From NCBI GenBank assembly GCA_050575255.1, contig JBNZDD010013727.1, forward strand, positions 9,703,081-9,767,080: 64,000 nucleotides of DNA, in the 5' to 3' direction. The stretch's first letter is position 1; every line of letters starts with the position of its first letter. This document shows positions 11,759 through 24,580 of the stretch, one piece after another. The DNA comes from Harriotta raleighana. Taxonomy: Eukaryota. The translations under genes and the position numbers were made by a program. The notes under the pieces were generated by a model. It saw only the letters and a program-made list of their open reading frames with translations, did no database searches and was not told where the DNA came from.

Positions 11759-12677
11759 CAGTAAAAGCCCATTTATCCGTCATCCATGGGACCCGGCCAG
11801 TGTTAGTTAAACAGCTTTCCGGTTGAGCATTTAAAAAAAAACATTTAAACATTATTTTAACACATACCATATTAATAGTAGACTAAATTATAAGAGAATA
11901 TTGTATGGGTATAAATAATAGAGTAAATACAATAATAGATACAGCAATAGCAGAATATTGTATGGATACTTCATTAGNCTCTCTCGCTCCATTACGCTTT
12001 CCCCCATCTCTCTCCCTCTCTCCCTTTATCCCATCTCTCACTCTTCCCCCTCTCTTTCTCTGTCTCTCCATCCCCCTCCCTCCCTCTCTCAATCTGGGTC
12101 TTCCATTCCTCCCCTCCTCTGCTCCCTCCTTCCTTCTCTCTCTCTGGCCGCTACCTGCAGCTGTATTTATTATGTATACAGTACTTAACTTGCCAACGGC
12201 AGGCATTCATCCGAACGAGGTAAAAAAAAAAAGCCGCTTTTAAAAACGAGTTTAGACCCGACATCAAATGCGTCGCCAGATAACTTCTGGTTAATCGAAT
12301 CGGGACTTCTTTTTTGAGATGGCGGTTGAACTGGTTTTCTGATTATTCGAGTCATGGATAAACAAGNATACTACAATAACAGAATATTGTATTAGTACTT
12401 TATTATTTATACTTAACTTCTGCGATGGCCGCCATGGGAGGAAATAAAACGGCAGTGGAACTTTTTTAAAAAAAAAACTGGCAGTAGCCCAACTTTAGAC
12501 TCGACTAGCGACCAGCCGATATACCTTCACAGTACTCGCGTGCGACAATCGATTCATTAAATGAGTCATCGCTATTCTGCTGGATAACTTCCGATTTATT
12601 GAATCAGGACTTTTTTTGAGGTGCCGGTTCAATGGGCTTTCCGGTTCATCGAGTCACGGATAAACAGGCTTTTACTG
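11759..12677. mobile_element. Same MITE family, third copy (contains N-bounded insert 11978-12367)
   Basis: TA-CAGTAAAAGCCCATTTATCC ... GGATAAACAGGCTTTTACTG-TA. Confidence 0.85.
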
Positions 12678-13013
12678 TATTGTGATTTGGCCTTTTTTTT
12701 TAGTAAATATGGTTGTGACCTGTAATTGATCATGTGACTTAATTTAAAATAGTAACAATATCAACAATATTTAAAATAGTAAACATTATGAAAGAATAAT
12801 CAACATGGTGGGTTTTTTCGAGCTATTGAATTTCTCCAGTTTAACATATTAAATTACCTGATAGTTTGGTAATTATTTAACAATGTTGTTTAAACCTCTA
12901 AAACCAAAGATGCACTAGATAAGCACTGCTCATTAACTATATAAAATAATTCCAGTTTAGGATTGTTTGGGGAAAAAATTCTGATCTATGCTTTTTTTTT
13001 CATGTGTAAATAG

Positions 13014-13084
13014 GATGTGACTGGTATAAGATTTGGGAACAGAGATTTTCGATCAGCCCTGGAGAATGGAGCCTTTCTCATTGA
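13014..13084 (+). CDS. LMO7: LMO7 exon, CH domain (DVTGIRFGNRDFRSALENGAFLI-E), 71 nt, phase 0-2
   Basis: T-tract...aaatag acceptor, GA|gtaagt donor. Peptide corresponds to human AVTEKNFETKDFRASLENGVLLCD. Confidence 0.93.
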
Positions 13085-13561
13085 GTAAGTAAAATTGAAG
13101 TTGGAAAGTTTTCTTATTGTGGAATTGTAAAGCGTTAAGTTTAATATCTGCAAGGCCCTTTTTATGATTTCACTTTGATTTTTCTACATTTAAAAATGAT
13201 AATCTGTTTGGTATAAACTCATGCGATGCATGTAATCTTTATGGGTGCAGATTCTGTAAAGCAACCTGCACCGAACCAGGGCTGGAGCAATATAGTAATT
13301 CATTATTATTGCACTTGATTTACTGAAGCATCACCCCTCTTAATTCCCTCACTTATCCCGCTTTTACCTTCTTCCTCATGTATACATTGTCTTCTTTTAA
13401 ATCCGTTAATGTAACAAAATATGATATAGTGCCTTTCACAACAGGAAGATGTCTCAGAACCCTTATGGGGATATACTGATAAGTATGGTGACTGAATATT
13501 TTGTAGGTGAACACAAGCAGCCCATTGATACACAGCAACATCCTACAAATACTATGGAGTG

Positions 13562-13862
13562 AATAATCATTTCTAATTGTTGCATTTAATATAGTGTTTT
13601 GATGTCTTCTAGGCATCTCAAAGTGCTTCATATACTGTAAAGTGAATTGACTGTACATATGGATGAAATACGGTAGCCAATTGTGCACAGCAGTGTCCCA
13701 TAAACAGTTTTGCATTGAAATGACCAATGTATTCTTTTTTTTGAGGGATTATTATCAGGTGTGTGAGTAAGGAAACTTACTCAAGGTTTTGTCGTGCCTG
13801 GAATTGAACCTAAGTCTCTTGTTCATAAGCCGAGTACTCCAACCACTGAACTATAGGACTCC
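13562..13862 (-). mobile_element. Near full-length tRNA-derived SINE (older fragment adjacent at ~13400-13560)
   Basis: Reverse complement begins GGAGTCCTATAGTTCAGTGGTTGGAGTAC (A box) ... GGTTCAATTCC (B box), followed by the family body and tail. Confidence 0.85.
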
Positions 13863-14449
13863 ATGCATGTAATGAAGTCTTGGACCTTTTAAAGCTACAG
13901 CTTCCAAAATTACAGTTATAGTAAATATTTGGTGTTATTATTTATGTAATATTCTGTACAGGAGGGAGAAAGTGGGGCAAAATCAGTTTCAGTTCTAAGT
14001 TTTACATGCCTCAGTTGGAGTATGCAAAATAAGACTTGAAACTGACCCCAAACATTTAATATTTGAACACAAAACAAAGTATGTGAACAGTAATAGAAGC
14101 CACGTGTCTGGAGCAAAGTTATTGCATATGAAACAGTTTTAAGATACCTACTATTCTAACAAAACCCCATTGGCTTCTCATCACTTAAATTGATGGCTCT
14201 GAAGGAAACTTTTAAGTTATCAGCCACTAAACTGATAGTTTCAGAATGGAAACCCAGTATTCAAAATTCTGTAACTACTACACATTAAATGCATTATTGG
14301 CTTACTTGTACATGAATTGGGCTGTCAATATACCTACAAGGTAGTTTATGATGCTCAGGTGATATTACACCACACCTTTATGGATGTGTACTCTGTTTTG
14401 GAAAGTTGGCTTCACATATCCAGTGTAATACTGCTTGCTGCTTGTCTTA

Positions 14450-14655
14450 GAATAATAATATTTGCATTTGCTATAACGTTTTGTATGTCTTCTAGACGAC
14501 TCAAAGCACTTCTCAAAATATACTCTAAAGTGGATTAACTGTATATTTGTGGGCGAAACCGGACAGACAGTTGCACATAGCCATGGTCCACAAACAGTCA
14601 TGGATTGAGTTATCAAATTATTGTTTTTTTTACTTGAGGTGTTATTTTCAGGCAT
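14450..14655 (-). mobile_element. SINE 3' half
   Basis: aataataatatttgcatttg...tctagacgactcaaagcacttc...tttgtgggcgaaac. Confidence 0.8.
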
Positions 14656-15739
14656 ATAATAATATAATGCTATATTAGAATACCTTACAGACTTGCCTTG
14701 GATTGAAACAAAACATTCTTTCATGCGGGAAATATGAAAGAAACTGATAACATTATCAGAGGGAAAGTTGGACTTTATATATGTATAAATTCTTTGGACT
14801 TTGTTCTGATATAAAATCAACAGATTATGAATGCCAAGCCAGTGAACATATGGCATATGTCCTTAACAAGTAAAACAAAGCAATACTGTACTGGGCAATT
14901 TTTAAAACATCTTAATTTTTTGATCCTGTTGTGGAAGGAGGTGGTGGGGGGGTGTGTCATCTCCAAATGCCTTTTACAGTTGAATGTGGTTGACCTCAGG
15001 TGCAGGATAACTGCATAATAAAGATTTAGACATGTAGAATAGAACCAACCCCATGTCCAACTGCATTAAATTTATGCGTAGAATTTGAGAATGTTTAACT
15101 GCAAGCAGATGCATTCAGCCCAACATGTCTTTTCTTCTGCAAGCACCCCCAATGAAAATAACCTTTCCCTTATATTTTCCCTCAGTATTTATCCATTTCC
15201 ATTTGAAATACTCGAGCTATTTTTATGGACTCTGCTGCAACAGGATTTTCTGTGTGCTATGCACACACAAGCTCCCATTTATTCTTCAGGTTGTGATTTT
15301 AAATTCTGCAATATGGCTAATTATTCATCAGGAAAAATAGTCTATTATCCTATCAAAACGATTTATGATCTTGAAATCCACCATCTGATTTTTGTCTCTC
15401 TCTCTCACACCTTCTCTGCTTCAGCAAAACTAGTACCTTTTTTTAAAATCTGTATTCATTGAAGAGTTACTCTGCAATGAATACAGAGTAAGAGTATTTC
15501 TGATATTACTCGAGTGAATCTGAATGACTGTTATCCATTCTGTGGGAAGTTTGCAGAAAATAGTTGCAATAGTTTGACTTTGGCATTAACCAATGTTCTG
15601 TCTAAGACAAATAAGTCCTTACTCTAATATTCACTTGTATTCTCTTCTACTCAATTAGTTTTAAATCTACGTAGCTGTTTCTGTGGCTCTGTCAGTCCAG
15701 CACCTGACAGTACTTTAAATCATAATGATAAAGCTTTTC

Positions 15740-16500
15740 CGTTAGGGTTTTACATTGAAGTAATCTACTTGGATGTAATGAAACTTTAAATGAGGGTTTT
15801 CACAGCCAAACAAGGATATGGTGTGGAAGTGAGCGGTATTGTGGATGTGAGGGAATGCTAAATGAATGAAAGCCTGGCTTGAAAGATAATTAGGTGTCAT
15901 AACATTACATCTGTGTGAGATGGAGTCAGCAGTTGTGCATATCAATGCAGTCAGTACCTGAGGTGAGGAAGTTCTGAAAGCTGAATGGGACACCCTTGGT
16001 CTTATTGACATTCAATGAAGGAAAGCTCATCCAGAACTTGACGAAACAGTTTGTCAGAACATCAGTGGTCTTGGTGTCACAGTGGAAGATGGAGTTTGGT
16101 GTCATTTGTGAACCTGTGGGAATGGACATCATGCCTATGAATGATGTCATCAAGTGGGAGTGAAAGGGGCAGGATAAAGCCTTGAGTAGGACTGCATGTG
16201 AGTGAATTGGAATTGAGTGGTCATTAAAAGAGAATCAGTGATAATGCTGGGATAAGTAAAAGGTTCAGGACAGGCCCATGGAAGAAACAGGATATAAGGT
16301 GCAAAAGAATAGTGATCGACTACAGCAGATGTTGATGATGAAATGTTGAGGAAAACGTGGCAGTTTGGAAAGTGAGCAAAGGAAGTGGAGAAAGGAAGCC
16401 TTAGAATGTCTGACCGCTAGGATAAACCTGGAATAGAAAGATTATTTGGCTGAGATAAGGGCACAGTAGGCTTTGGTGTCGAAAATTAAACTTAGTTTGA
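15740..16500 (-). mobile_element. Highly decayed LINE2 RT fragment
   Basis: Purine-rich L2-like antisense sequence (atccagaacttgacg...gtcagaac...gtggaagatggagtttggtgtcatttg; compare 35140-35240). Confidence 0.55.
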
Positions 16501-17060
16501 AAAATATGAAGGCTTTGGTTCAGTACTGATTCTACTTTGATGCAGGAGTTATGGATATAATGGATCTATTTATATATAAAAAATACAAATCAAGTATGCT
16601 GGTCTCAAAACTAAAGGGCAGAATTGCCCATTTCAATGATCCATTTGGTGCATTATTCTTCTTATTATTGTTGAAGAATTATGCCCTGTAATACAGAATG
16701 GGGTAAAAAATACTGAAGACTAATTTNTTATTCTTCTTATTATTGTTGAAGAATTATGCCCTGTAATACAGAATGGGGGGAAAAAATACTGNTTTGGTGC
16801 ATTATTCTTCTTATTATTGTTGAAGAATTATGCCCTGTAATACAGAATGGGGTAAAAAATACTGAAGACTAATTTAAGACTAATTTAAGGCATTAATCCA
16901 TGACACTCAACTCCAAAAATAAAACCTGTGTTGCATAATTCTGTTCCTACAAATTCGGCAGCACTATTGTTATCTTCCAGCTTGTATCTTCAATGGAGAA
17001 AAGAGTAGGTGGAAAGCTATCAGCACCAGGGATGCAACATAAATCCAACATTTAGATTTA

Positions 17061-17354
17061 TAATAATAATCTCTGTATTTGATATAGCACTTTTCACATC
17101 TTTAGATGTCTCAAAGCGCTTCACAGAATATACTGTGAAGTGAATTGACTGTATATTTGTGGGTAAAATGCTGCAGCCAATTGCGCATATCAATGTCCCA
17201 CAAACAGTCATGAAATGCTTTTTTTTTGGAGGGATTATTATTAGGCATGTGGAGTAAGGAAACTTGCCCAAGGTTTCGCCCTGTTCTGCCTAGATTTGAA
17301 CACAGGTCTCATGCTTATAAGGCAAGTGCCCTAACCACTGAGCTACAGGACTCC
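17061..17354 (-). mobile_element. Full-length tRNA-derived SINE
   Basis: Reverse complement GGAGTCCTGTAGCTCAGTGGTTAGGGCAC...GTTCAAATC...gcgcaattggctgc...(TTA)n tail. Confidence 0.9.
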
Positions 17355-18639
17355 AAGGGCTTGGAGATATATTAAAGTACTCTACCCACACCCATATCTA
17401 CAAGAGTAATTGAGGTGTTAAAAATAAATCTGGATCTCAACAGCTGATTAAGACCATGCCAAAGAGAAAATATAAGGTAAAAAAGCTCTTATGTTTTAAG
17501 TCTGTAGAGCCCATTAATGCAGGCTGTCTGGTTATTGTAAGTGACCTGATATCTTGTTGACCAGAGGGTCAGCCACTCCTTCCTGCTGAGTTCCAGATTC
17601 CTGTGAGATGACCAGGAACGTCAACCACTCCTATCAGTATTGGTTTTCAAACATGATCTGCAGACTGCAGTATAGATCCATAGCTTTTGATGGACTCCCT
17701 TCATCAAGCTGTCAGTCTGAGCATATTAATCACCTCTGATTAAATAAGAGAAGATTGTCACAATCTTCCAGTGCATTTGTGTATCCTCACTGAATGCACA
17801 GTGGCATTCTTCTGCTGGAATTCTGAACACTTAAAAGTAAAAGCCTGAGATCGCTTCACAGTGGTGGTAGGATTTGACAAACTGCTTGACTCTGCAGTGT
17901 GTTGGACTTGAAATTGCAAAGCTTCATGGAGGAAGTTGGTTTAACAATGAAATAAGTCCCTAACCTTGATCTTGGGAGACTCCAACACAACTTAATTCTT
18001 TATTGATTTTGATGGATTATTTGTGGAACAAAAGGTATTGCTTCCTATTTAGCAGAAGAAAGGGAATATGGGTGTTGGGGTGGTGGGGTGGTTGGAGGGC
18101 AGGAGTCAGGGGTTTAAGATATGAACCAGCAAAGCCAGTATCTGCATGAATGGATTCCTTCAAAAATGTACCTTATATATATTTAGCTAAGAATAGAATG
18201 GGAAGTTTCTATTAACATCTGTGAAGCGGTGGACCTAGATTGCACTTACAAAACTGTAAATGTTAAGACAATATCTTACAATAATAGTTGGCTGTGTTCG
18301 AATGGTGATATTGTTTTCCTCACAATTTTGTCTGATGTGTCTGATGTACTTTATTATGATGTATTAAATTAGTATCAATGGTTAACTAGTCCAGACTTGC
18401 AGGTAACTGTCGGAAATGAATACATTTCATTTGGTTAGAATTCTATTGCAAAGGTTAATCATGTTCCATATGAATTACTGGACAGAACAGAAGTATGGAC
18501 AATTTGTTTGGACCAGTTTGTCCTACACTAATAACTGACATATCCTGCTGAAAGCAAAGCAATATAGCAATATATAGCAGATTTGTACTGCCCACTCTTC
18601 ATTGTGTTATTTCAACCCATGTTCTGTGTGGAGGGTGCT

Positions 18640-18810
18640 ATATAAATCAAAATTGTTGTTGTTGTTGAATGCAGAATTTGGATGAGGGAAAATATTGGTT
18701 AAGACTCGGAGACCTCCCTGATCTTTGAAACAATGCCAAAGAATTCAAATCCACTGGAATTTAAAGTCCCATCTGAAGAATAGCATCTCCAGCAATATAG
18801 CTGGCAGTAA
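18640..18810 (-). mobile_element. Decayed L2 tail / DeuSINE fragments
   Basis: gagggtgctatataaat...gttgttgttg tail next to gagggaaaatattgg...ccatctgaagaatagcatctccagcaat. Confidence 0.45.
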
Positions 18811-19233
18811 CAAAATTGTTACAGTGTAATTATGGAAGCCACAAGCCGAAATAGCTAACATTCTTTCTATACTTAGGAGAGATTATAATGATGGAGTAAT
18901 TTTATCCAAGTTAAGGAAGCTATAGTTAGAACAAGGTTATTAATCTTGCATGTAGTTTCCTTGCTTTCAAGAGTGATCTTTATATGTGCTCCTTGGGTTT
19001 TATTAAGTTACTTACCTGAAGTACTAAATCACAAATGAGCAATCTTACCCATCCTATTGCATAGCTTTCTCACATCTGAAAGTGTATCAGTTCTGAAGTA
19101 ACGCTTTACAAAACTTTCAAGGTGTATGGTGAAACGTATTAGTCTGCTATCTTTTTTTCCTGCTGGGCAATACTGTTTCCCTATGATGGTGTGGATGATT
19201 ATAGAGAATTAATAGAAATTTCTCCTCTTATAG

Positions 19234-19303
19234 GTTAGTTAACAAGATTAAGTCAGGAACATGTAAGAAGACCAACCGATTGTCAACACCAATAGCTGGT
19301 TTG
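19234..19303 (+). CDS. LMO7: LMO7 exon, CH domain (LVNKIKSGTCKKTNRLSTPIAGL), 70 nt, phase 2-0
   Basis: ttctcctcttatag acceptor, TTG|gtaagt donor. Peptide match to LMO7. Confidence 0.95.
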
Positions 19304-20639
19304 GTAAGTACATTTTTGTTTAATGTGGTATAATATCCAAAAGATTTAACTGCCTTTTCTGTTTTTGTTTAAAAATATTGAATTTGAGCTATTGGTTGCA
19401 GTCTGAATCAATGATGAACCTGGCTTTTTTTATTTGACACATGCCAACTTTTCTTTTGGGGGTGGTTGGTCGGGGCGGTGGGGGTGTGTAGTCTGTCATC
19501 TGTCGTGTATCTGACAATTGCAGGAACCCATTACCTATCCCCGATCCCCGGCTTGGGTGTAAATTCTGAACTATTAAGACCTTGAGATGTCCTCACAACA
19601 TTAATATAAATGGAAACTTATATTGAATCGTATTGGATAATTATGCTTACAAGTATCCAAATCACATTGAGTACCACATATGTAAGGCACCAACACATGG
19701 AAATGTCTCTGAATAATCTTTCTCTATAGGAACACATACTCCGCTTACTTAAATTGGGAGAGGATTAGGCACAGATTAGCGAGAGTCAATGTTTGAGGAC
19801 CCAGATTTATCCAAACCATGAAAATAGTTTAATCAGCTACTTTTATGGTATGGATAAATTCATTGCAACTTATTGTTTAAGAGAATATCCAGGCAGTCCT
19901 CGCTTAACGTTGATCCTGTTAGCACTTTTCAAGTGCGACATTAAGTGAAGACTAATTGTACTTTGTACTTCATTTCAGTGCCTTATGACGCCTTCCTGAT
20001 GTGAAAGGCGCTACATAATTGTAATTTTTTGTTGTTGTATATGGATGGCAGATGTACCTTCATTGCGTGGACACACTCAAGTTTTCTTTGTATTGTTAAT
20101 GATAATCTAATTTGCATAACCACAAAAAGTGAATAACGATAATAATCCTTGCATTTGATATAGCGGGTTATCATGTCTTCGAGACATCTCAAAACACTTC
20201 ACAGAATATACTGTAAAATAAATTGACTACAGTTTGTGGCTGAAACCCAAGTTAACCCAGCTTGTAACTGTATTTTCCCAAACTAGTTAGTTGAATGATT
20301 ATTCATTGTTATCAATTACCAGATTATGAGGTCCTTAGTTGATTTCGAGAAGATATTGTGGTATTTTTAGGATGCACAGAGCAGTAACGTGGGGAATCTG
20401 TAAAAGAACTTAATGCTAACAGGATGTGCATTTGCCACAGATGCTGCGCAAGCATGACCTGCTTTTTAAAGGATTGTTTTGTTGTATGGGAGACTAAGGA
20501 AAGTTTGGAGGAGTTAACTTATTCTAGGGTGTAGCCTTCATTTTTTGAATTCACAATACTTCATGTATCACATTTCTCATGCTGTTACTATTTTCGGTGA
20601 CTTGTTGGATTGCAAGTCGTTGTTTTGGGTGCATTTCCC

Positions 20640-21130
20640 GTTTTTTACACCAACTCCCTGCTTGTCAGCCTTGCCAACTCTTCCCTTCACAAGCTGCAGA
20701 TCATTCAGAACTCTGCAGCTCATATCATCTCCTGCACCAGGCTCTGTGACCTGTTGTAGGAGATGATAGAGTTCAAAATCTTCGTTCAAGGCCCTCCACG
20801 GCCTACCAACTCCACGTTAACCTTTCCGCTCGACAGACTCCATCCGGCTCCATGTCCCCCACCATTGGCAGTCAGCCATTCAGCCTCTCTGCCCTCACCC
20901 TTTGGAACTCCATCCAACATTCCTATAACCTTGCTCCCTCCATTGCCTCCTTCAAAACAGGTCTCAAGTCTCTCCTCTTCACCTGTGCCTTTGGCCACTG
21001 TACCTTCCCTCCTCCCTCCTGATCCCAATCCCCAGCATGAGCCCAAATCATTGACTAATCCATGCCTTCGGTTATCCCCCTCACCCCCCCCCCCCCAATA
21101 TGAAAGGTGCTGTATAAATTCTTGCTGTTC
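20640..21130 (+). mobile_element. LINE2 3' fragment
   Basis: aactccctgcttgtcagccttgcc...aagctgcagatcattcagaactctgcagct (LQIIQNSAA) and tgaaaggtgctgtataaat tail. Confidence 0.85.
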
Positions 21131-21951
21131 TTTTCTCTCCCCTCTTTCTCTTGGTCTTTCTGTTTCGAACATGTCTCTCTGTGTCTCTCTTATTTTGTTT
21201 CTGGAGAATAACTCATTGTGTATAACAACATTTTTAATTTCAATTTGAAGGATTAATGTTCAACCCTAATCCGTTTCATGTTTGGCTTTGTTACAATCAT
21301 TTTATGCATTTCAGAATAAATTGTTCTACTTCATCTCTTTCACAGTAACTGACTGACTTTACTCAGATCTTCATCCCAAATCTTAAGCACCTGACATGAT
21401 GACTGGCATGGAGGGTGCTATATAAATGCAAGTTGTTGTTGTTATTCGTCTTGTAATTGGGATGCAGCTTCCCTTCATTTCCTCTTCTTTTCAATCGTTC
21501 CATTTTAAGATGAACAAAATGAAGGTTGTCTTAAAGTACTGAACAACAATTGTAGCTTTGTTGCTGAGCTGGTGCTCTGGAATGCTGGGGTGTGACTGAA
21601 ACACTGATCAATTTTACCCCTTTAAGTAAGTGTAGTGACCTGTGTTGTGATCATAATTGCTTCATTTCTTAGATAAATAAAGGTTACTGCCAAGATCTTG
21701 CTTTATTGGGCAATGTTGAAAGTAGGATTTCAAAGATAAATTGAAATAACTGAAGGATTATTGTATTGTTCACAGTTGTTGTCTGTTGCATTTTTGCACA
21801 ACATTTGACTATAGCTGAAGAAGCCCTTCAACCTATAGAAAATCAATGCATGTAACTTTGCCATTCTAATTGCCAGTCGAGCTTTTAGTGCTTATGTATG
21901 ATTGATAAAATGTATTTTTCATTAATCTGTCCATTTTCTACTATCTTGTTC

Positions 21952-22075
21952 GGGAGTCCTGTAGCTCAGTGGTTAGAGCAGTCACCTTACAAGTGAGTGA
22001 GCTGGGTTCGATTCTAGGCCAGGTAAAACACACAATAATAAATTGGTAATTTCAATCCACGACTGTTTGTGGCTC
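21952..22075 (+). mobile_element. SINE 5' part (tRNA-like head) with internal deletion
   Basis: GGAGTCCTGTAGCTCAGTGGTTAGAGCAGTCACCTTACAAGTGAG...GGGTTCGATTC. Confidence 0.85.
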
Positions 22076-22164
22076 TGAATCGCTGCTAAAACATGCAGGG
22101 TAAACTGGGGCTGAGATAGCAAGACTTGCACTGGAGCCCAGCTTTTGACACCACATAAATAATA

Positions 22165-22526
22165 TTAGTGAGCCTTGCATTTGATGTAGTGCCTTATCAT
22201 GTCTTTGACATTTCTTGAAGGATATCACAGGATATACTGTAAAGCAAATTGACAGTATTTTATGAGCGAAGCATGGCAGCTAATTGCACATAGCAGTGTC
22301 TCACAAACAGTTGTTGATTGGATGACTTGTTATTTAATTTGAAGGGATTAGTACCTCCAGAAAAGTGATCCACCATTCAACTAACAACTGGGCAATGCTT
22401 AATGCTAGGCAAACTGAGACATGTAGAGTAAGGAAACTTGCCCAACGTTTTGCCCTGCCCAGGAATCTAATCCAGCTCCTCCTTGTTTGCAAGGTGAGTG
22501 TGCCAACCACTGGGATACAGGACTTC
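22165..22526 (-). mobile_element. tRNA-derived SINE, longer subfamily
   Basis: Family tail, body and head in reverse. Shares an extra internal block (cagaaaagtgatcc) with 34335-34710. Confidence 0.8.
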
Positions 22527-22679
22527 ACAGGAAGTGAGCTAGTTTTCTGTGTTTATGCACAATGACAAGGCTGGCCGTGTGATTGGAAAGTGCTGGCCAA
22601 AATCATATTTCATTGTAAAAGGGATTGAGATTTTATGGACATGGAATTACCAGATTATAAACGGATTCTATTTTAGTTT

Positions 22680-23320
22680 ACAACCAAAACAAAATTACAT
22701 TTGTACAGCACCTTTCACGTCAGGACGTCCCAAGGTGCTGGACAATTATTGATTCAGACTCGAGCTGAGGACAGGAGAGGTGGGGGGGGGGGTGGGAAGG
22801 AGTTACTGATGGGTCTATTGAAGAGGAGAGTCTTGAGCTGAGACTTGAAGGAGGCTAGGGAGGGGGCGAGGCAAAGGGTCTTCAGATAGAGTTACAAAGC
22901 TTGGGGCAGAGTGGCTGAAGGCTCACCCACCATTGGTTGGGCGGGTGGGTCGGGGGACGTGGCGCAGGCCAGAGCTTGCTGAACGGAGAGGTCGGGCAGG
23001 TTGGTAAAGGGATTAGAGGTCACGGATGTAGGGTGGAGCGAGATCATGCAGGGCTTTAAATGTGAGGACTAGGATCTTGAATTGGATCCTCTGGATGTTG
23101 GGGAGCCAATGGAGTTGGGTAAGGATGGGGGAGATGGAATCATGAAGTTTGGAATGGTAGAGGACAAGGGTCACAGAGTTCTGGATTATCTGCAGCCTGT
23201 GGAGGGAGGAATTGGGAAGGCCGACCATCAAGGCATTTGCATAATCAAGCTGGGGATGAGGGTTTCAGCGTCTTTAGGGGTAAGGTAATGGCGGAGTCAG
23301 GAAATGTTGCGGAGGTGGGG
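22680..23320 (-). mobile_element. LINE2 3' fragment
   Basis: ORF 23013-23231 GLPNSSLHRLQIIQNS...LHWLPNIQRIQFKILVLTFKALHDLAPPYIRDL is a typical L2 ORF2 C-terminus. Confidence 0.9.
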
Positions 23321-23811
23321 CAAGACAGAGCAAGTCATTGCTTAGTTTATCTTTTAATCCCCAATTTACATCCAATGCCTAAAAGTTCACTTTTGACAAT
23401 GCAATATCAAGTTTCAGACAAATATTAACATTGCCAAATTTAGCGGAAGCTGTTGACTCCAGTTTCAAACTTTGAGGTTTTCTCTTGGTTCAAACCTTTT
23501 CTGGATGGTTTAAACTTTAATCAGAATGAAAAGTCAATCACACAACCGTCTGTTTAATATCAAATGTACAAACAAAAACCTTTTGATAATGAAGCTGGTA
23601 AAACACAGCTTCCTGTTGTACATCACATTTTTGCTTAGAATGAGTTGCTTAATAAAATTGGCTTGAATTTTGGAATGAAGCTTTGAAAGTATAAATGTGA
23701 ACAAGGCGGCCACCACATACATTTCAAAGTATGCTAAATGTTCCCTACTTCAGTTTTGCAAGTGTCAATCAATGACTGAAAGGGAACATTAGTTGTTTTC
23801 CTTATTTTAGT

Positions 23812-24128
23812 GGAGTCTTGTAGCTCAGTGGTTAGAGCACTCGTCTTACAAGCGTGAGATCTATGTTTGAATCCAGGCAGGTCAGGGCGAAACCTTGGCC
23901 AAGTTTCCTTACTCCACATGCCTGATAATAATCTCTCCAAAAAAAACAATAATAAATTGTTCATTTCCAACCACGACTGTTTGAGGGATACTGCTGTGCG
24001 CAATTGGCTACCGCATTTCGCCCACAAAAGTATAGCCAATTCACTTTACAGTATATTCTGTGCAGCACTTTGAGACTTCTAGAAAATGTGAAAAGTGCTA
24101 TATCAAAATGCAAAGGATTTTTATTATT
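23812..24128 (+). mobile_element. Full-length tRNA-derived SINE with Deu-like core and L2-type tail
   Basis: A box TAGCTCAGTGG, B-box-like GTTTGAATCC, core gctgtgcgcaattggctaccgcatttcgccc, tail gcactttgagac...tgaaaagtgctatatcaaaatgcaaagg(att)n. Confidence 0.9.
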
Positions 24129-24194
24129 TGGTGGTTTAGCAAGGCATCCATTTACATTTTGATGCAGTGGAGGCAATTACCCAGGAGTGGTTTT

Positions 24195-24580
24195 AATAAT
24201 AATCCTCGCATTTGGTACAGAGTCTTATCATGTCAGAGGACGTCTCAAAGCACTTCACAGATACTACTGTGAAATGGAGTGACTATTTGTAGGCAAATAT
24301 GTCAGTACAATTGAAATGTCCAAACAGCCATGAACAAAAGATCAATTTTATTTGGGGGATTGTTGACAAAGACACAGGAAGAAACTCCTTTTTCTTTTCA
24401 GTTAGTGCTGTGGGATCTTTAATGTCCACCTGAACAGATACTCAGGACCTTGGTTGAATGTTGCATCTGAAAGACGACACCTCTGACAATGCTACAAACT
24501 CGCAGCAGTGGGTTGGAGTGTCATCTTAGACTGTATGAGTTTAAATCCTGACTTGGGACTTGAACCCACAGGCCTTGTTG
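24195..24580 (-). mobile_element. Older Deu-domain SINE
   Basis: gtgggatctttaatgtccacctga...catctgaaagacgacacctctgacaatgc...gggacttgaacccac is the DeuSINE core and head in reverse. Confidence 0.75.

Noticed and set aside
9674-12243. Duplicated Arg/Gly/Glu-rich and Pro/Ser/Leu-rich ORFs (9674-9904, 11883-12243)
   Set aside because: Translations of a CT-rich simple repeat inside a MITE, duplicated by an N-bounded assembly insert.
18062-18112. G-tract cluster (potential G-quadruplex); similar one at ~19457-19485
   Set aside because: Common low-complexity feature with no additional support.
21952-22020. tRNA-like sequences here and at 23812, 53367, 17354(-) and 13862(-)
   Set aside because: A and B boxes are present, but there is no proper acceptor stem and each runs into the SINE body. 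They are SINE heads, not tRNA genes.
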